Source of the DNA: Gonapodya sp. JEL0774
Taxonomy: Eukaryota
NCBI GenBank assembly: GCA_027604505.1
Contig: JADIIX010000051.1
Location: 1 to 64,000 of the forward strand
DNA length: 64,000 nucleotides
Direction of reading: 5' to 3'
The notes beneath the pieces are model-generated. The model saw only the letters and a list, made by a program, of their open reading frames with translations. It did no database searches and had not been told where the DNA came from. Position numbers and translations under genes: made by a program. The first letter of the stretch is position 1; every line of letters starts with the position of its first letter. Below, piece by piece: positions 1 to 12,549 of the stretch.

Positions 1-1311
1 TCAGCAATCATTTCGGCTGTCAAGCTCTCTCGGCAGATTTTCCATCGCATGCACAGTGTTGGTATTTTTATCAATGACGCAAGTGTGGATCATGATTATG
101 ACGTCTCCCATCCGCTCTTTCAGTATTCCGAGTACAGGATCTCAATCTCGATTCACCTTGTTGCATTGTAAGTACTGTCCATTTGCTTTATTTCAATGCC
201 TTTCAAGCTGATTCGAACTCTGTGGTTGTCAGCTTGACGTTGTCGATTCTTATTGAGGTAATTTCTTCTGTGATCTCATTACCTCGCAACGAATCATTGT
301 ATCAGTGGATGCCCCCAGGACAAGTACCTCAACCCCACTCTCGTCGTATTCCTCGCTATTTTTTCGGACATTGCTGTGCTCATGATCGCATACGACAGAG
401 CTCCTTTCTCCCCAGCCCCAGTGAAGTGGTGTGTGAACTGTCCCTCGTCTGCGTGCATCGAGTTGCTAACTAATGCTCTGGTCACCCGTCACTCAAAGGA
501 ACCTGGGTAAACTCTTCACCATCGCAGTCATACTTGCCGTGGTTCTTGTGGCTGGTACATTTATTGTGCAGACGTCCACCTTCGTCCCTGATCCCTGGGC
601 TGACTCTTGGGAAGCTGTGGTGTTCCTGGAAGTTGCTCTCACTCAAAACTGGCTTATTTTCTCCACGAGGACTGCGGGTGCCTTTTGGGAATACTTGCCA
701 AGCTGGCAGCTATTCTTTGCTGTGATGGTGGGTGACCTAATAAAGAGGCTTGACTCGACACGTTCCCTCACAACGCCAGATTTTTCCCAGGGGGTTGACA
801 TAATTGCATCCCTTTTTGCGGTATTTGGTTGGTTCTGTACCGCAATTGATTTTGTCAATGTTGTCAGGATATGGTTGTTCTCTTTCGGTGGGTCGCCCAT
901 GCGTTTTGATGGTGGAATCCATCTGACAAAAATGGACCCGACTTTTCTTCCCTGTGCGCTCCAGGCGTGTTCCTTGCAATGGACGTCATCCAACGTATCT
1001 TGGCGGAGTCACGCTGGCTGGAGAAAATCTACTCGGGCGACAAGAAATCTGAGAGCGAAAACGAGAAGATGAGAAGACTAGAGGACAGGCTATCGTAAGT
1101 TACTAGAAAAGGGATATTTGCTGTTGGAGCTTTGTGGTGACCTCGTGGAAACTTACCTCCACGTTTGCAAAGGTCCTTGGAGAATATGCGTCTTTCCATG
1201 CTCGCGACGCCTGCAGTCGTGGTCGATCTGGAGAAAGGTCTTAATGGAGCGCGCAATGGAGCGTTGGTGGAACACGACTCTGCAACGAGTGTGGCGAAGA
1301 AGCATTTGTGA
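1..1311 (+). CDS. PMA1: Plasma-membrane P-type H+-ATPase, 3' part (spliced; gene starts before the window)
   Basis: Spliced peptides [48 protein letters not shown] and [15 protein letters not shown] match the C-terminal membrane region of Pma1-type pumps; likely stop TGA at 1309-1311. Confidence 0.85.
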
Positions 1312-1665
1312 GTGGTTGTGATGTTCTGTCAATAGAGTTGGAAGTTGGAAGGAAGGTCTGGGGAGAGTAGCATTTGCATAGATATCAATTATAGATCCCT
1401 CTGCACACACAGAGGCGTAGAAAACTCAAATATGCTGCATTCTTGTTATCAGTCCTTATTCACTGAGTTGGAACTAGAGATTGGAAATAGACGGCATGGT
1501 GCTTTTAGCGTATGTCACACTGCACCAGCGCACTACTGTGCGGTCCGCAAGAAGATGGAAAAGTGATGGTCATGTGTTCATCACAACAGTCAAGACAAGA
1601 TGTAATGGGAAGAGAGCAGACCCAGTGCACGGGCGCCAGTCACCACCCAATCAAGAGCACTCTGT

Positions 1666-1900
1666 GCAAATCTGAAATCATAGCGTCCACCGTGCCATTA
1701 GAACGGCTTGGTACACTGCATTGTTGTTTTGCACGATCACTAATGTGGCGGCCTGGAGGTTTGCGCGGTCAAAGGCTTCGTTTGTACCACCGGGGTTGAC
1801 CGCGACTCGGACGCCGGTGCGGTTGAGGGTAGCCAGGTCTCTGAAGGTGGCGATGTCAGTGCATTGTGCGCAGGCTGTTTTGCCGACACGTTCAATTGCA
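1666..1900 (-). pseudogene. Frameshifted fragment of a cyclohexadienyl dehydratase (PheC) / solute-binding family 3-like protein
   Basis: RVGKTACAQCTDIATFRDLATLNRTGVRVAVNPGGTNEAFDRANLQAATLVIVQNNNAVYQAVL, then after a 1-nt shift NGTVDAMISDL. Resembles PheC GKTP..C...F..L..ID..GV..IVNPGGTNE.F.RANL..A.I....DN......I.DG.AD.M.TD. Confidence 0.6.
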
Positions 1901-2271
1901 GTAGGTGGATGCCATCGTGGTCTGGGATGCCAGTGAGGATCGTTGATGGTGTTCCACTGCCGGATTCGCCTGCCTGAAGCTACGAGTCGCGGAAACTTCC
2001 CGGAGTCGAGTTTCATTGCCAAGAGGCTGGTCTGCATCTTCAGACATGAGCGTAGTACAAACATCGTTTGCGTTTGAAAGATCATCCGACGAGGAACGAG
2101 AATTGCTATTTTCAATGCTACCGCGAGTCGAAAAGTCACGGCCACATTCAAAAAGTCTTCGCGTTCGCTTGTTTGGTGGTCCATGACTCACCGTAATACA
2201 AGAACCGCTGGCATTCATGGATTTCTTGTTCTCTTCGAAACAAACGTCAAAGTTGTCTCTGAAGATTGGGG

Positions 2272-4457
2272 ATGCCCGTTGCCGAAAAGAGACTTGCTGA
2301 GGATGCGAATCTACATAAAATCTTCGATAATGAAGCCAAGCGGCGGCGGGCCAACGAGGATGTGGTGACTCGCACGATTCCAAGTAGTTGGACTTCACGT
2401 TCTTCAAACAGTCTCCGCCATAGCCGCGGCACACCTCGCCGCACTCTCTCATCTGATGCCAGATTTCGTGTTGACGGTACCAAACATCCCCGTGGAGTCA
2501 GACCATGGGGAGCATTCCTTTTGCTCAAAGACGCGAAGGACGGGCGTAGCCCGGGACTCGGATATCTCGCGAATTTCTCGGATGAGTTTATCTGTGATGC
2601 CATTCTGCCCTTACTGGACACAAGGGACCTCTGTGTGCTTGCTCAGGCAAGCAGGGCGTGCTACGTGTTTGTGTACCAGGATGATTTATGGAGGACGCAA
2701 ACCATTGAGCAATTCGCAGGAGACTGGTCTTGGTCTGGTACAACTTGGCGGGACACTTTTAAGTCTGCACATGTTGCCCGACATCACCCTGGCGTTCCCG
2801 CTCCTCCTCCAGACACTCCTTTGGCCTGCCTGTCCATCTTTTCCGATCATCTCTTCCAACCCCACTTCTGCTCCTCGCTCCTCCTCTCACAATTCTCTCG
2901 TTACGCTCATCATGACTCTAAACCAGTACCCATCATCCTTTCCTCCTCCTTATCCACCCGCCCCGACCACTTTTACAGCAACTACTTGACACCAAATTTG
3001 CCGTGCGTTGTACAAGGTGGATGTAAAGAGTGGCCTGCCTTCCAATCCTGGCGATGGGACTCTCCGAACTTCAGATCCCAGTTCGCCGACACCAGATTCA
3101 AAGCGGAGGGCGTCGACGTTCGACTAACAGACTACCTGCATTACGCCGAAACCACACGCGACGAAGCACCGCTGTACATCTTTGATAAGGATTTCGCAAG
3201 TAAAATGGGCGCTGATGGGAGCCAAGCGACAACTAATGGAGCTTTAGATAGCAGGAGTGGGCCGTTCTACACTCCGCCGCCGTACTTCGGTGACGACGTT
3301 CTAGAGCTGCTCGGTACAGCACGTGAGAGGCCGGATTGGCGGTGGTTGATTGCGGGCCCTGCGAGGTAGGTGTTTTGGGAGTCATTTCTCCATGGAGGCA
3401 ATTGCGGACAAAGCAAAACCTCGATGGCTGCCCCACCATGTTCTCGCATTTGGTACACTGTTGAAGTTTGTTTCATTCAATTTCCTTCTCACCCTTGGAC
3501 CATTCACCATCCACCCTCCAAACGCAAACCGTGAAGATCTGGTTCCCAGTTCCACATCGACCCGAACGCAACTTGTGCCTGGAATGCATTGCTTTGCGGA
3601 CGAAAAAAATGGTTTTTCTAGTAAGTAGGACAGTGCATAGAGCGCCTGCTGGGCTAAGGAGGGAAGTGGGTGTGTCGGAGGAGCAAAGCAAGCAGTGAGG
3701 AAGAACTGGACCACATGTCCCTCCCCATCTCAGTCCTCCAAACCACCCGCCTCCAGGTGTGTTCCCTACCGCCACCGGCTCCGACGTCACATCGCCCGTC
3801 TCTCTGGCTGAATGGATTGTGAACTTCAGTGCGGAGGCGAGGAAGGGTGTGGAGGTGGAAGTTGAGGTGGACGTTAATGGCAAAAAGGAACGAAGAAAAG
3901 AGAGGATGATGATGCACGAGTGTGTGCAGGAGGAAGGAGATGTGGTGTTTGTGCCGAGAGGCTGGTGGCACGCCGTCCTCAACCTCACTCCTACCATCGC
4001 GATCACCCAAAATTTTCTTCCCTCCACCGCCCAACATGTGCGAGCGGCACTGGAGTTTTACCGGGACCGGCCGGAGCAAGTTTCTGGATATGGAGGATCA
4101 ATGGGTGGAGGCATGGGCATGGGAATGGTGAGAGGTGCCTGCAATGTGGATGGTGAGGCTGTCGAGAGGGGCCGGAGGTTGTATGAACGGGTATCTGAAG
4201 TTGCAAGAGATCGATGGGCTGAGGTAGTGGAAGATGTTCAGCGTGGTGATAAGAAGGTGGTGGAGAGGTACGAAGGCATTGCGGAGGTGGAAGCAAAGCA
4301 AGCAGTTGGGAGTCTGTGGGACGCGCTGAGACGTGTGGAGGAGGGAAAGGCTGGTCGAGAGAGCGGGGATGGAGGGGGCTTTGCTTTTGGGTTTGGGTTT
4401 GACCTTGGAAATGGGGATTATGAGTTTTCGGAGGAACTGGATACGGATGACGGATGA
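2272..4457 (+). CDS. F-box + JmjC domain protein (JMJD6-like 2-oxoglutarate oxygenase), 3 exons
   Basis: F-box [30 protein letters not shown]; Jmj[46 protein letters not shown]. Exons 2272-3365, 3537-3620, 3734-4457; Fe ligands H-x-D...H intact. Confidence 0.85.
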
Positions 4458-4653
4458 TGGCCACGACAACAGTGAGATTCTGACCGTTGCCGAGCTTAAT
4501 TAAGAGAACATTTTTGATATGGCCAAAACAATGACGACAAATTTCAGAACTAGATCACTGAATATAACTGATTATTGGTGTTCGATTTAATATTGTTCAC
4601 ATCGCTCCCTTTTCTCGTTGTTATGTCATCGACGACTCACCAACCTCTCATCC

Positions 4654-6986
4654 TCACGTCCAACTCACCCCTCTCTCTGGCACTCCCACACTAACTCCGC
4701 TGGGAGAAGTGGGCCCGCTTGGTGGGAACGCCATACTACTGCCCGGTCCTGATTCCGCAGATGAGCGTGAATAAAGTACACTCTCGTTCCTTGGCGCCGC
4801 CCAACTCCCCACTAACGCCCGTGACGCCCCGAACCCACTCCCTCCAAAATCGCGTGACCCCATCCACAGATCCAAGACGTCCACGGGTAAGAACCCCGCA
4901 GAGCCCGTGGTCTCGTTTGTCCCACTACCCCAACCATCAATCCAGATCCGATCAAGTCGCACAGCGTCACCCGGTCTAATGTTCATTTCATCGTTATGTG
5001 TGGGGAAGTACTCGTAAGTAGCGGTGTAGAGGTGGCTCACAGGAACACCGTGGATGCGGTGTTGGTCTTGAGCGAAAAGAAGGGAGGTAGATGGTTCTCC
5101 CGCGAGCAGGGCGGAGGAGATAGCAGTGAAGAGCCAGTGGGCCTGGCGAAGACCGTAAATATGAGCTGTTGAGAGTGATTGGGCAGTTGGATGTTTCCCT
5201 GCTTCAATCCAGGCAGAAGAGCTCTCAGACGCAGTTGACGTGACCAGTGTGCTCCCAGAGTCTGGTGCTGGCTGGCCATGTGACTTGCTCGATGAGTGGT
5301 TATTGATGACAGATACTGCACTTGCGCTAGCACGGGCAATTGGGTTGCTAGAGAGGTGGGATCGAGCACGCTTGCGGGAACACTTGTGGAAGCCAATGAG
5401 TACGAGTACGGCCATCGCGACGGCAACGACTGCAGATCCAGTTGCAATACCAGCTGGCAGATGAAAACATCGATCCATTAATCAGAATTACTGAGACAAA
5501 AGCATTCAGGATGTATGGCTCACCGATAACACCTGAAGACAGTCCCGAGCTTACGACATCGGAAGTTGAGCCAAGACTGAAGCTGGACACTGAAATCGAG
5601 GCGACGGGGGGAAGGGCTGACGGCTGATATGACAGAATAAAAGTTGATGGTGCGTTTGAACTTGGTGAGCTGGCGGCTGTAGAGGAAGAGTTGATGTCTG
5701 GGAAGGGTAGTGCAAGTTTGGTAGAAATAAGATCAGAGACAATAATCCCTCGATGCCAACTTTCCTGCTTCACGCACCGATTATCGAGCAATGCATCTTG
5801 TCGGATCCCAAGGTGAATCCAGGGAGGCAATCTGTATGCAAGACCGAGTGTTACATGATCTCCAAGGCCAGCTGTAATCCTGGGAAGAACTTGAGTACGC
5901 ACTGATCCCACACCCGCCCATCTTACACCACACAGACCACACCCCCTGTGCACCTAAACCAGGACAAAGAATTCCACTTCAGATCGTTATGGTTCCAACA
6001 GAATCATATCAGATTCAACAGTATTGGATGAATAGCACACCCCAAAACAACCCACCAAGCACCACAGTTTCTCGGGTCGTAGGAAACATCTGTACAAGAC
6101 GAGCACACAGAAGGACATGCACCGCTACATGCAGTCGAGCCACTGCAGGTCGCTCTTGCAATTGATCGGCATGTAGTTGGTGAGCCGAAGGTGGGTTGAA
6201 TCACTCAGGACATAGAAACGCACCCGTTGGGACACCATGATCCACTTGAGCAGCAGACCGACGCCTCGGGGATGCAGGAGGTAAAACAAGGTTTGAGATG
6301 TTGGCCGCAGATACCTGCAGTATTGCTGGGGCCCGAGACATTGGTGTACGGAAGAATTGTCGGCGGTGGGGAGATTGGAGGGTGCTTTAAACTCCACGAT
6401 GTGGAAAACGAGGTAGAGAATGTAGTGGTGTGTCCTTGATCCAGTGTGCTTCTGGCGGGAGAAGAAGTACCGGTGTCGAACGAGATGACGTCACTTGCGT
6501 TGAAACCGGGACGGCTCATCGTTGAAGGCGTGGGATAAGGAGAAGGGCTAGATGAATAACCGTAAGTTGAGGATACCTGCGAGGTCGTGGATTGGGATAA
6601 TGACGGTGAGGTGATCGCTGAGGAAACAAAGGGCGTAGAGAGCATCCCCGTTGTGGTTAAAGGAAGAGATGGGACTAAGGTAGCACTCATAGACACTGAA
6701 AGTGTGTGTGTGGAGTGGAGAACGGAGCTGGTGGTGATGATGAATGGGGGAAGTGAAGAATTAGTGGCGGTTATAGAACTGGAGAGGCGCTGAGGTCAGA
6801 CACGATCGAAGATTGAATGGACCAAGCCGCCGATAACGATGACGCAGAGGAGAAAGATGTGGTCCACGAATACGACATGGAGATTACTAAGGAGAGGGTG
6901 GATTTGCCGCTTTTGTCGGAGCGTTCCAGGATGACGTGAGCTCTGTGCCATTCAAGATCGACATATACGGTCCTGCTCTTGCCCAA
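4654..6986 (-). CDS. Single-pass membrane protein: Ser/Thr-rich and Cys-rich (Stig1-like) ectodomain, TM helix, cytoplasmic SH3 (5' end uncertain)
   Basis: S/T-rich ORF 6205-6696; Cys motif CPSVCSSCTDVSYDPRNCGA; TM GIATGSAVVAVAMAVLVLIGF; SH3 YTATYEYFPTHNDEMNIRPGDAVRL...DGWG.G.N..TG..GFLP. Confidence 0.7.
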
Positions 6987-7704
6987 GCTTCAGCAGACGT
7001 ATTAACAGAAGTCCACCTGTCTCCTCTGCTTGTGCGCCCACCGCGCCAGGCTGGTTCGATAGTGCTGTGACGAGTGCAAGTGGACACTTCTTCGATGTTG
7101 GGCTGAAGTATCCTGCTCCGCAGGCCGATCCGAGTGCCTGGCGGCCGAAACAGCACGCGCAGTACGCTGAGTGCTCAATGTGAGGGCGAGTGATCATTAT
7201 ATAAGGAGAGAAAACTACATTGTATTCGGAAGGGTGCAGTAAGTTCAGGGAATACTGTCTGTGTACTCAACTCGTCCAACAGCTGACTTCTAAAGATTAT
7301 TATCCTTGTCTGGGGTACTAATGTAATACTAACAGCTCGGAGAACTCGAAAGGAGAACTCGAAGTTGTTCATCCGATCCGGATATTATAATGAAGGAAGC
7401 ATTGAAAATCACAATAATTTTGGGGACGGCAGAATTGGAGCTGACTGACGATCATCCCTCAATCACCGCTGGAAGCTGAAAACGAGAAATACATTGAGCA
7501 AGTCGATCCAGCGTGCAAGTGGAGAGGGAACAACTGGAGCGCCGGCTTCCCGAGCTGTGCGAGCTGTCAGAGACCAGCACCACCTGGAGTTGCACACGAT
7601 CAATCAGAAAACCCTGCTGCTTCAAGGGGGCACAGTAAGACCTGAGACTGTAGAAGTGCGTCAGAGAATTGAACTGGTCCGCATTTCATTGAGTTTCTAT
7701 ACAT

Positions 7705-10700
7705 ATGTCGACCAGGATAGACATTCCTCGAACCGCAACAACGTTCTTTTCTCAGTCCTCTTCGCTGGTTTCGACATTGACATCCAGCGTCTCCTCATCA
7801 TCCTCCCTTTCCTTGGAACAATCATCGTCCTTCGCGACCTCCACCTTCGCACCGACAAGCGCAACCTCTCTTAGTACAACCACCTCATCTTCCTCCGCGG
7901 TTTTACAATCATTACTGACACTCTCGATGACTACCACGACAACCGTGGACTCTACGTTCTTGTCTTCCACTGGTACTCTCACCAGTTCCACCTCCAGCAC
8001 TTCTCCCCTTCCCTCCCCACCACCACTACCTCCTGTGCAGGAGCAAATCTATGACTCTTGGGGGATATTTATTCTTGTCGCACTTCTTTTCGTGACTCTT
8101 GTGGTCGCCTACTTTCTCAAGGCAAGAAGAATTCGCTCCGTACACGAAACTGTGGTTTCGGTCATTCTTGGTGAGAGTCCTACTTGCCCAAATCGGGATC
8201 CCTATTGGCATTTCTTGTCAATGCTGGTCGGAATGAACGTGTTTCAGAAGGATGGGATATGTGAATCAATTGTGAACGTGGTCAAGTTGGTGACAGAGTA
8301 ACGAAGCTCACCATCACGCCATTAACAAGAAAAAGAGTAATCAGGACATTGGGCAACAGCTGCATCCTGACTAAAGACTCTTGATAGCGAGCTCCACTTC
8401 ATGCGCATCATCATCACATATTCAATTGCACTAACAACACTCCCTCTATCGTGATCTAATATTCAGGTCTAGTCGTTGGTCTCGTCATTCGTCTCAGCCC
8501 AGGCGACGAGATCCAGCAAGTGGTTACATTTGACCACCGGATTTTCTTCACGGTGCTTTTGCCGCCCATTATCTTAGAGAGCGGATATGGAATGAATGTG
8601 GTAAGTTCAATCTCACCATTTCTGGGAAACGTGCTCTTTGGGTGGTTTGCTGTGTTACCCAACCGTTAGTTCGAGCGATGCTGGGTGTGTTCAACGTTCA
8701 TTGCTTTACAGAAACAATTCTTTTCGAATCTCGGCTCCATAATGACATTTGCCTTCCTTGGAACGCTCACCTCGACCATGTTTTGTGGGTGAGCATGATA
8801 TTCAATCTCGTCGCTCCTTGTTGGTCCTTTCTCCCCTTGGTAAGTCACCTCACCTCAACGCCACCCCGCACCCATTATCAATCACCACCCACCAGCCTCC
8901 TCATATACCTTTTCGCTCTTACCGGAATTCACTCCCTCCATATGTCTTTCATGGACTGCTTCACTTTTGGCGCTATCCTGAGCTCCACGGACCCTGTCAC
9001 CGTTCTCGCAATCTTCAAGCAGGTCGGAGTCGATCCGAAATTGTACGCGATTGTGTTTGGGGAGAGTGTGTTGAACGATAGTGTGGCCATTGTCCTGTTT
9101 AGGTGGGTACGGTGACACGAGATGAATGAACTCGTCACCACAGTGACTTGTACACTATCATCGCAGCACCCTAGACCACTTTAAGAACCGTACTTTCTCT
9201 GTGTCTGCCCTCTTCGAGGGCTCCGGACTCTTCCTTGGTGTCTTTATGGGCTCCCTGTTCACCGGCATAACTTTCGCCTTGACCTGTTCCCTCCTTCTCA
9301 AACACACGCGCCTCTACCAATTCCCCGCCCTCGAATCGTGCATCGTTACGCTTATGGCCTACGGGTCCTACTTACTTGCCAACGGACTCAAACTCTCTGG
9401 TATCGTATCTTTGCTCTTTTGCGGCATCATGCTCAAGCACTACGCGTACGGCAACTTAAGCAAAAAGAGCCGACGGACGACCCGGTACATGTTCGGGGTT
9501 CTCGCGCAGCTGTCAGAGAATTTTGTGTTCGTGTACCTCGGTATTGCGGTTTGCACAGTGACCGACGGGAAGTATGCGTGGGGATTGATTGCTTTTACGG
9601 CGGTAGGTAAAGGGGTGTGTGGCGCTTGCACTTGTATCATTCAGCCAACAATCCCGACCTTATCCTCAGGTTGTCCTCCTCGTGGCTCGTTACGTGTCCG
9701 TTATACCTTGTTCGCACCTTATTAATTGGGTGACCAAAAGGCTCATCAAGAACGACAGGAACAGGGGCCAGCCCGGACTACAAGCAAAGGTGTATAGTCT
9801 GTTCGTAAAGAATTCTGCAATTTCACTGTTGCTCCAACCTGCTCTCTTCCATCTCTTTCTTTCGTTAGGTCCAGATACCTCACAACTATCAGATGATGAT
9901 TTGGTGGGCTGGTCTTCGCGGAGCCATATCGTTCGCCCTTTCATACGAAGTGGATTCTCCCGAATCCGGTCCAGTGATCCGCACCACGACCCTAATCGTA
10001 TGCGTGCTTTCGATCTTGGTGCTTGGCGGTACCTGCGTGCGCGCTCTGGAACATTACAAGATACGTATTGGGGTTGGTAAAACGGGCGATTCGATGGCTG
10101 ATGATGGAATCGAAGGTCATTCAAGTGACGAGGAAAACGAGGAAGACGATGGGGACGATGATGCGGACGGACCTGAAACACATCAGGGTGGACATCAAGG
10201 ATCCCCAATGGAGACGAGACCATCGAGTGATTCATTCGACGAAGAAGGAGCCTTGTTGGGTGGTGGAGGTATTGGTCGTGCGGGCATTCGATATCCCAGC
10301 AACTCAGTGGCGGAGGCGAGCAATTGGTTTGTGAGCTTCGACGATAAATGGCTGAAGCCCTTTTTCACTCGAGATGGTGGCCGGCTTGGCTGGGGACATG
10401 TGGACGGTCTACTGAACGACAATGATTTTGATGTTGGGAGCAGAAGAACTGGGAGGGTGCAGGCAGATCGACGAAATAGTCATGGAGGCTCTGGGGATCG
10501 AGTTTCTTCTAGGAACGGTGGATCACGGGTGACCGTGTCGGTTGAGCCCTCTGTTGTCACTGCACCGAAGAATAAAAGCCGCCTGTTCGGTTTGGTCCGG
10601 CAGGCATATGACGAGTTGGCTGGAGAAGACTTTATGGATGTGAATGGGAAGGCGGTGACCGATTCATCAACGCGGCGAAGCACAAGCGTAACTCGACAGG

Positions 10701-11173
10701 GACGAGACAGCTTGGATGGATACTCATCACGAGGGGAGCTAATTCTTGGACGAGGAACTAGGCCCGGGAGTCATGGAGCATTGAATGTTCCCACAGGTGG
10801 TACCAGAAAATTAATGCAAGGACAAGGGACAGGACGTACATCTTTCGAGGGTGGTGGAGCCTCAACAGTCGGCTCCCACAACAGTTCTGAGGGCGGCAAC
10901 GGCATCGGTGGCTTCTTGGCTTCCTCAGTAAGCCAACCCAGCAAGAGCATGTCGTCTCGAATACGGCCTGGATTGACCCCGTCAGCACGACGCCTGGGGA
11001 CCTCTGAACCAAAACCACCCTTGTTAAATACCGTCGGTGGGAGCGCTTCCCGAGGTCCCGCGAGCCCGGTACCAATGGACGTGTCGAGTGAGGCTGATGA
11101 ATGGGGAGAGTTAGTGACAGCTCCAACTCGGACATCAAGGGACATGTTCGGATGGCAGGACGGATACACGTAA
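7705..11173 (+). CDS. NHX1: Endosomal Na+(K+)/H+ exchanger (CPA1 family), multi-exon
   Basis: [93 protein letters not shown]; long hydrophilic C-tail. Confidence 0.93.
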
Positions 11174-11474
11174 CATAACCGTATTGTTGTCATGTATCAT
11201 GTATCACACTTGCTGTAAAGAGCTAACGACGGTCCAACTCTCACCCGAGACCGGTCTCTACTGAACATCTGTTCGTTATGTACAGGTGTGTGCGGCACCC
11301 TCAACTATCTCTGGACTTACACCTCATCTGAACTCGTACACATCGCGTGTAGGTGACATCAGTCTTTATGTATACGTATCTAGTTGTACTCGGTCCCCAC
11401 TCAAGTGTTAGTGGTGAAGAGTGGCTCAGTAGATCTCTACAGGAAGAAGGACGTGGCTGCGTAAGAGATCCTGA

Positions 11475-12437
11475 TCAGGGCTGAAAAGACTGAAAGGACA
11501 ATCGATTCGAACCTTCAACCTCCGATCGCTCAAGCAGGCTAGCCGCAATGACGAGCTGGTCCAAAGCACCATTTTCCCAAGTTGCTTCTACCGGGGACGT
11601 CTGCTCGCACGGGACCATGCCATCCGGTTTAGCAATACTCAGTCTCCTCTTCTTAAATGGCACGAGCGGATCCATTGTGCTTAATATCAGCTCGGTGTGC
11701 ATCTTCGACTTCGCTAATAATACTGGAAACGGCGATACAACCGGCATGGCCTCCGGATGAGACAGGGTAACTGCACTGGTGGAGATCTTGTTTTCGATCT
11801 GTCGCGTTCGTGGTAAGATCTTGATACGACTGGACGTTGAGGGAGAATGCACGGTCGGTGCCGGAGTGATCACGTGAGGGCTCGAAGGGGCGATGAGTTG
11901 GTGGAAGCAGGTCGGAGGGACACGACTCTGTAGTTGTCTCTCCAAATCGCGGACCCGGACATTGAGATCATTGTTCTTGTTGGATAAGATAACCACTTGA
12001 CGCTCTAAATCTCGGGTGTAGGTGCGCTTCTTCTCCCGCGAGCGACGAGCAGCCAGCCTGTGGAGTGACGTGTTGTACAATTATGAGCTCCGATAGCAAA
12101 AACCGCCCGTCCTGAGTTTCCTTGCTTTCGGTGTAGCGTGGGTAACATACAAGTTGCGATTTTTTCTCCGCTCGTCTTTTGTAAGATGGCCTCCCCCCGA
12201 GACGACTTGATCGGAACCTCCTCGAGTCCCACACAAGGACATGTCTGATTCTGAGTCACTGGAGGCGATGGAGAGCTCGGCATATGTTGGTTGGTGGGAA
12301 CGACGAAGGGACATTTGAGTTTGTGAGATAGTCGTTGGACATGATCCGAGAGTGGTGATGTCATCGGTCAGTCCGAAGATTCTACAGATTTTGCCCATCC
12401 TCAAAATTGAATTCGAAAATCTCTCGTGCTCAATCAT
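11475..12437 (-). CDS. bZIP transcription factor (one intron in basic region; start may be 12437, 12398 or 12314)
   Basis: Splicing gives KDERRKNRNL|LAARRSREKKRTYTRDLERQVVILSNKNNDLNVRVRDLERQL: N-x7-R basic region followed by a leucine zipper. Confidence 0.85.
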
Positions 12438-12549
12438 CGCCAAATTTAGAAAGAAAGGAAACGAAAAATACGAGATTATTACTAGAGTAAATTGACGGTC
12501 CCGAACCGCCGTGTGAACAACAGCGAAAACTCCTGTACATGTGGCTCGT

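Noticed and set aside
1901..2184. N-terminal part of ORF 1678-2184 as a real gene start
   Set aside because: No PheC-like similarity upstream of ~1900, and it lies in the JmjC gene's upstream region.
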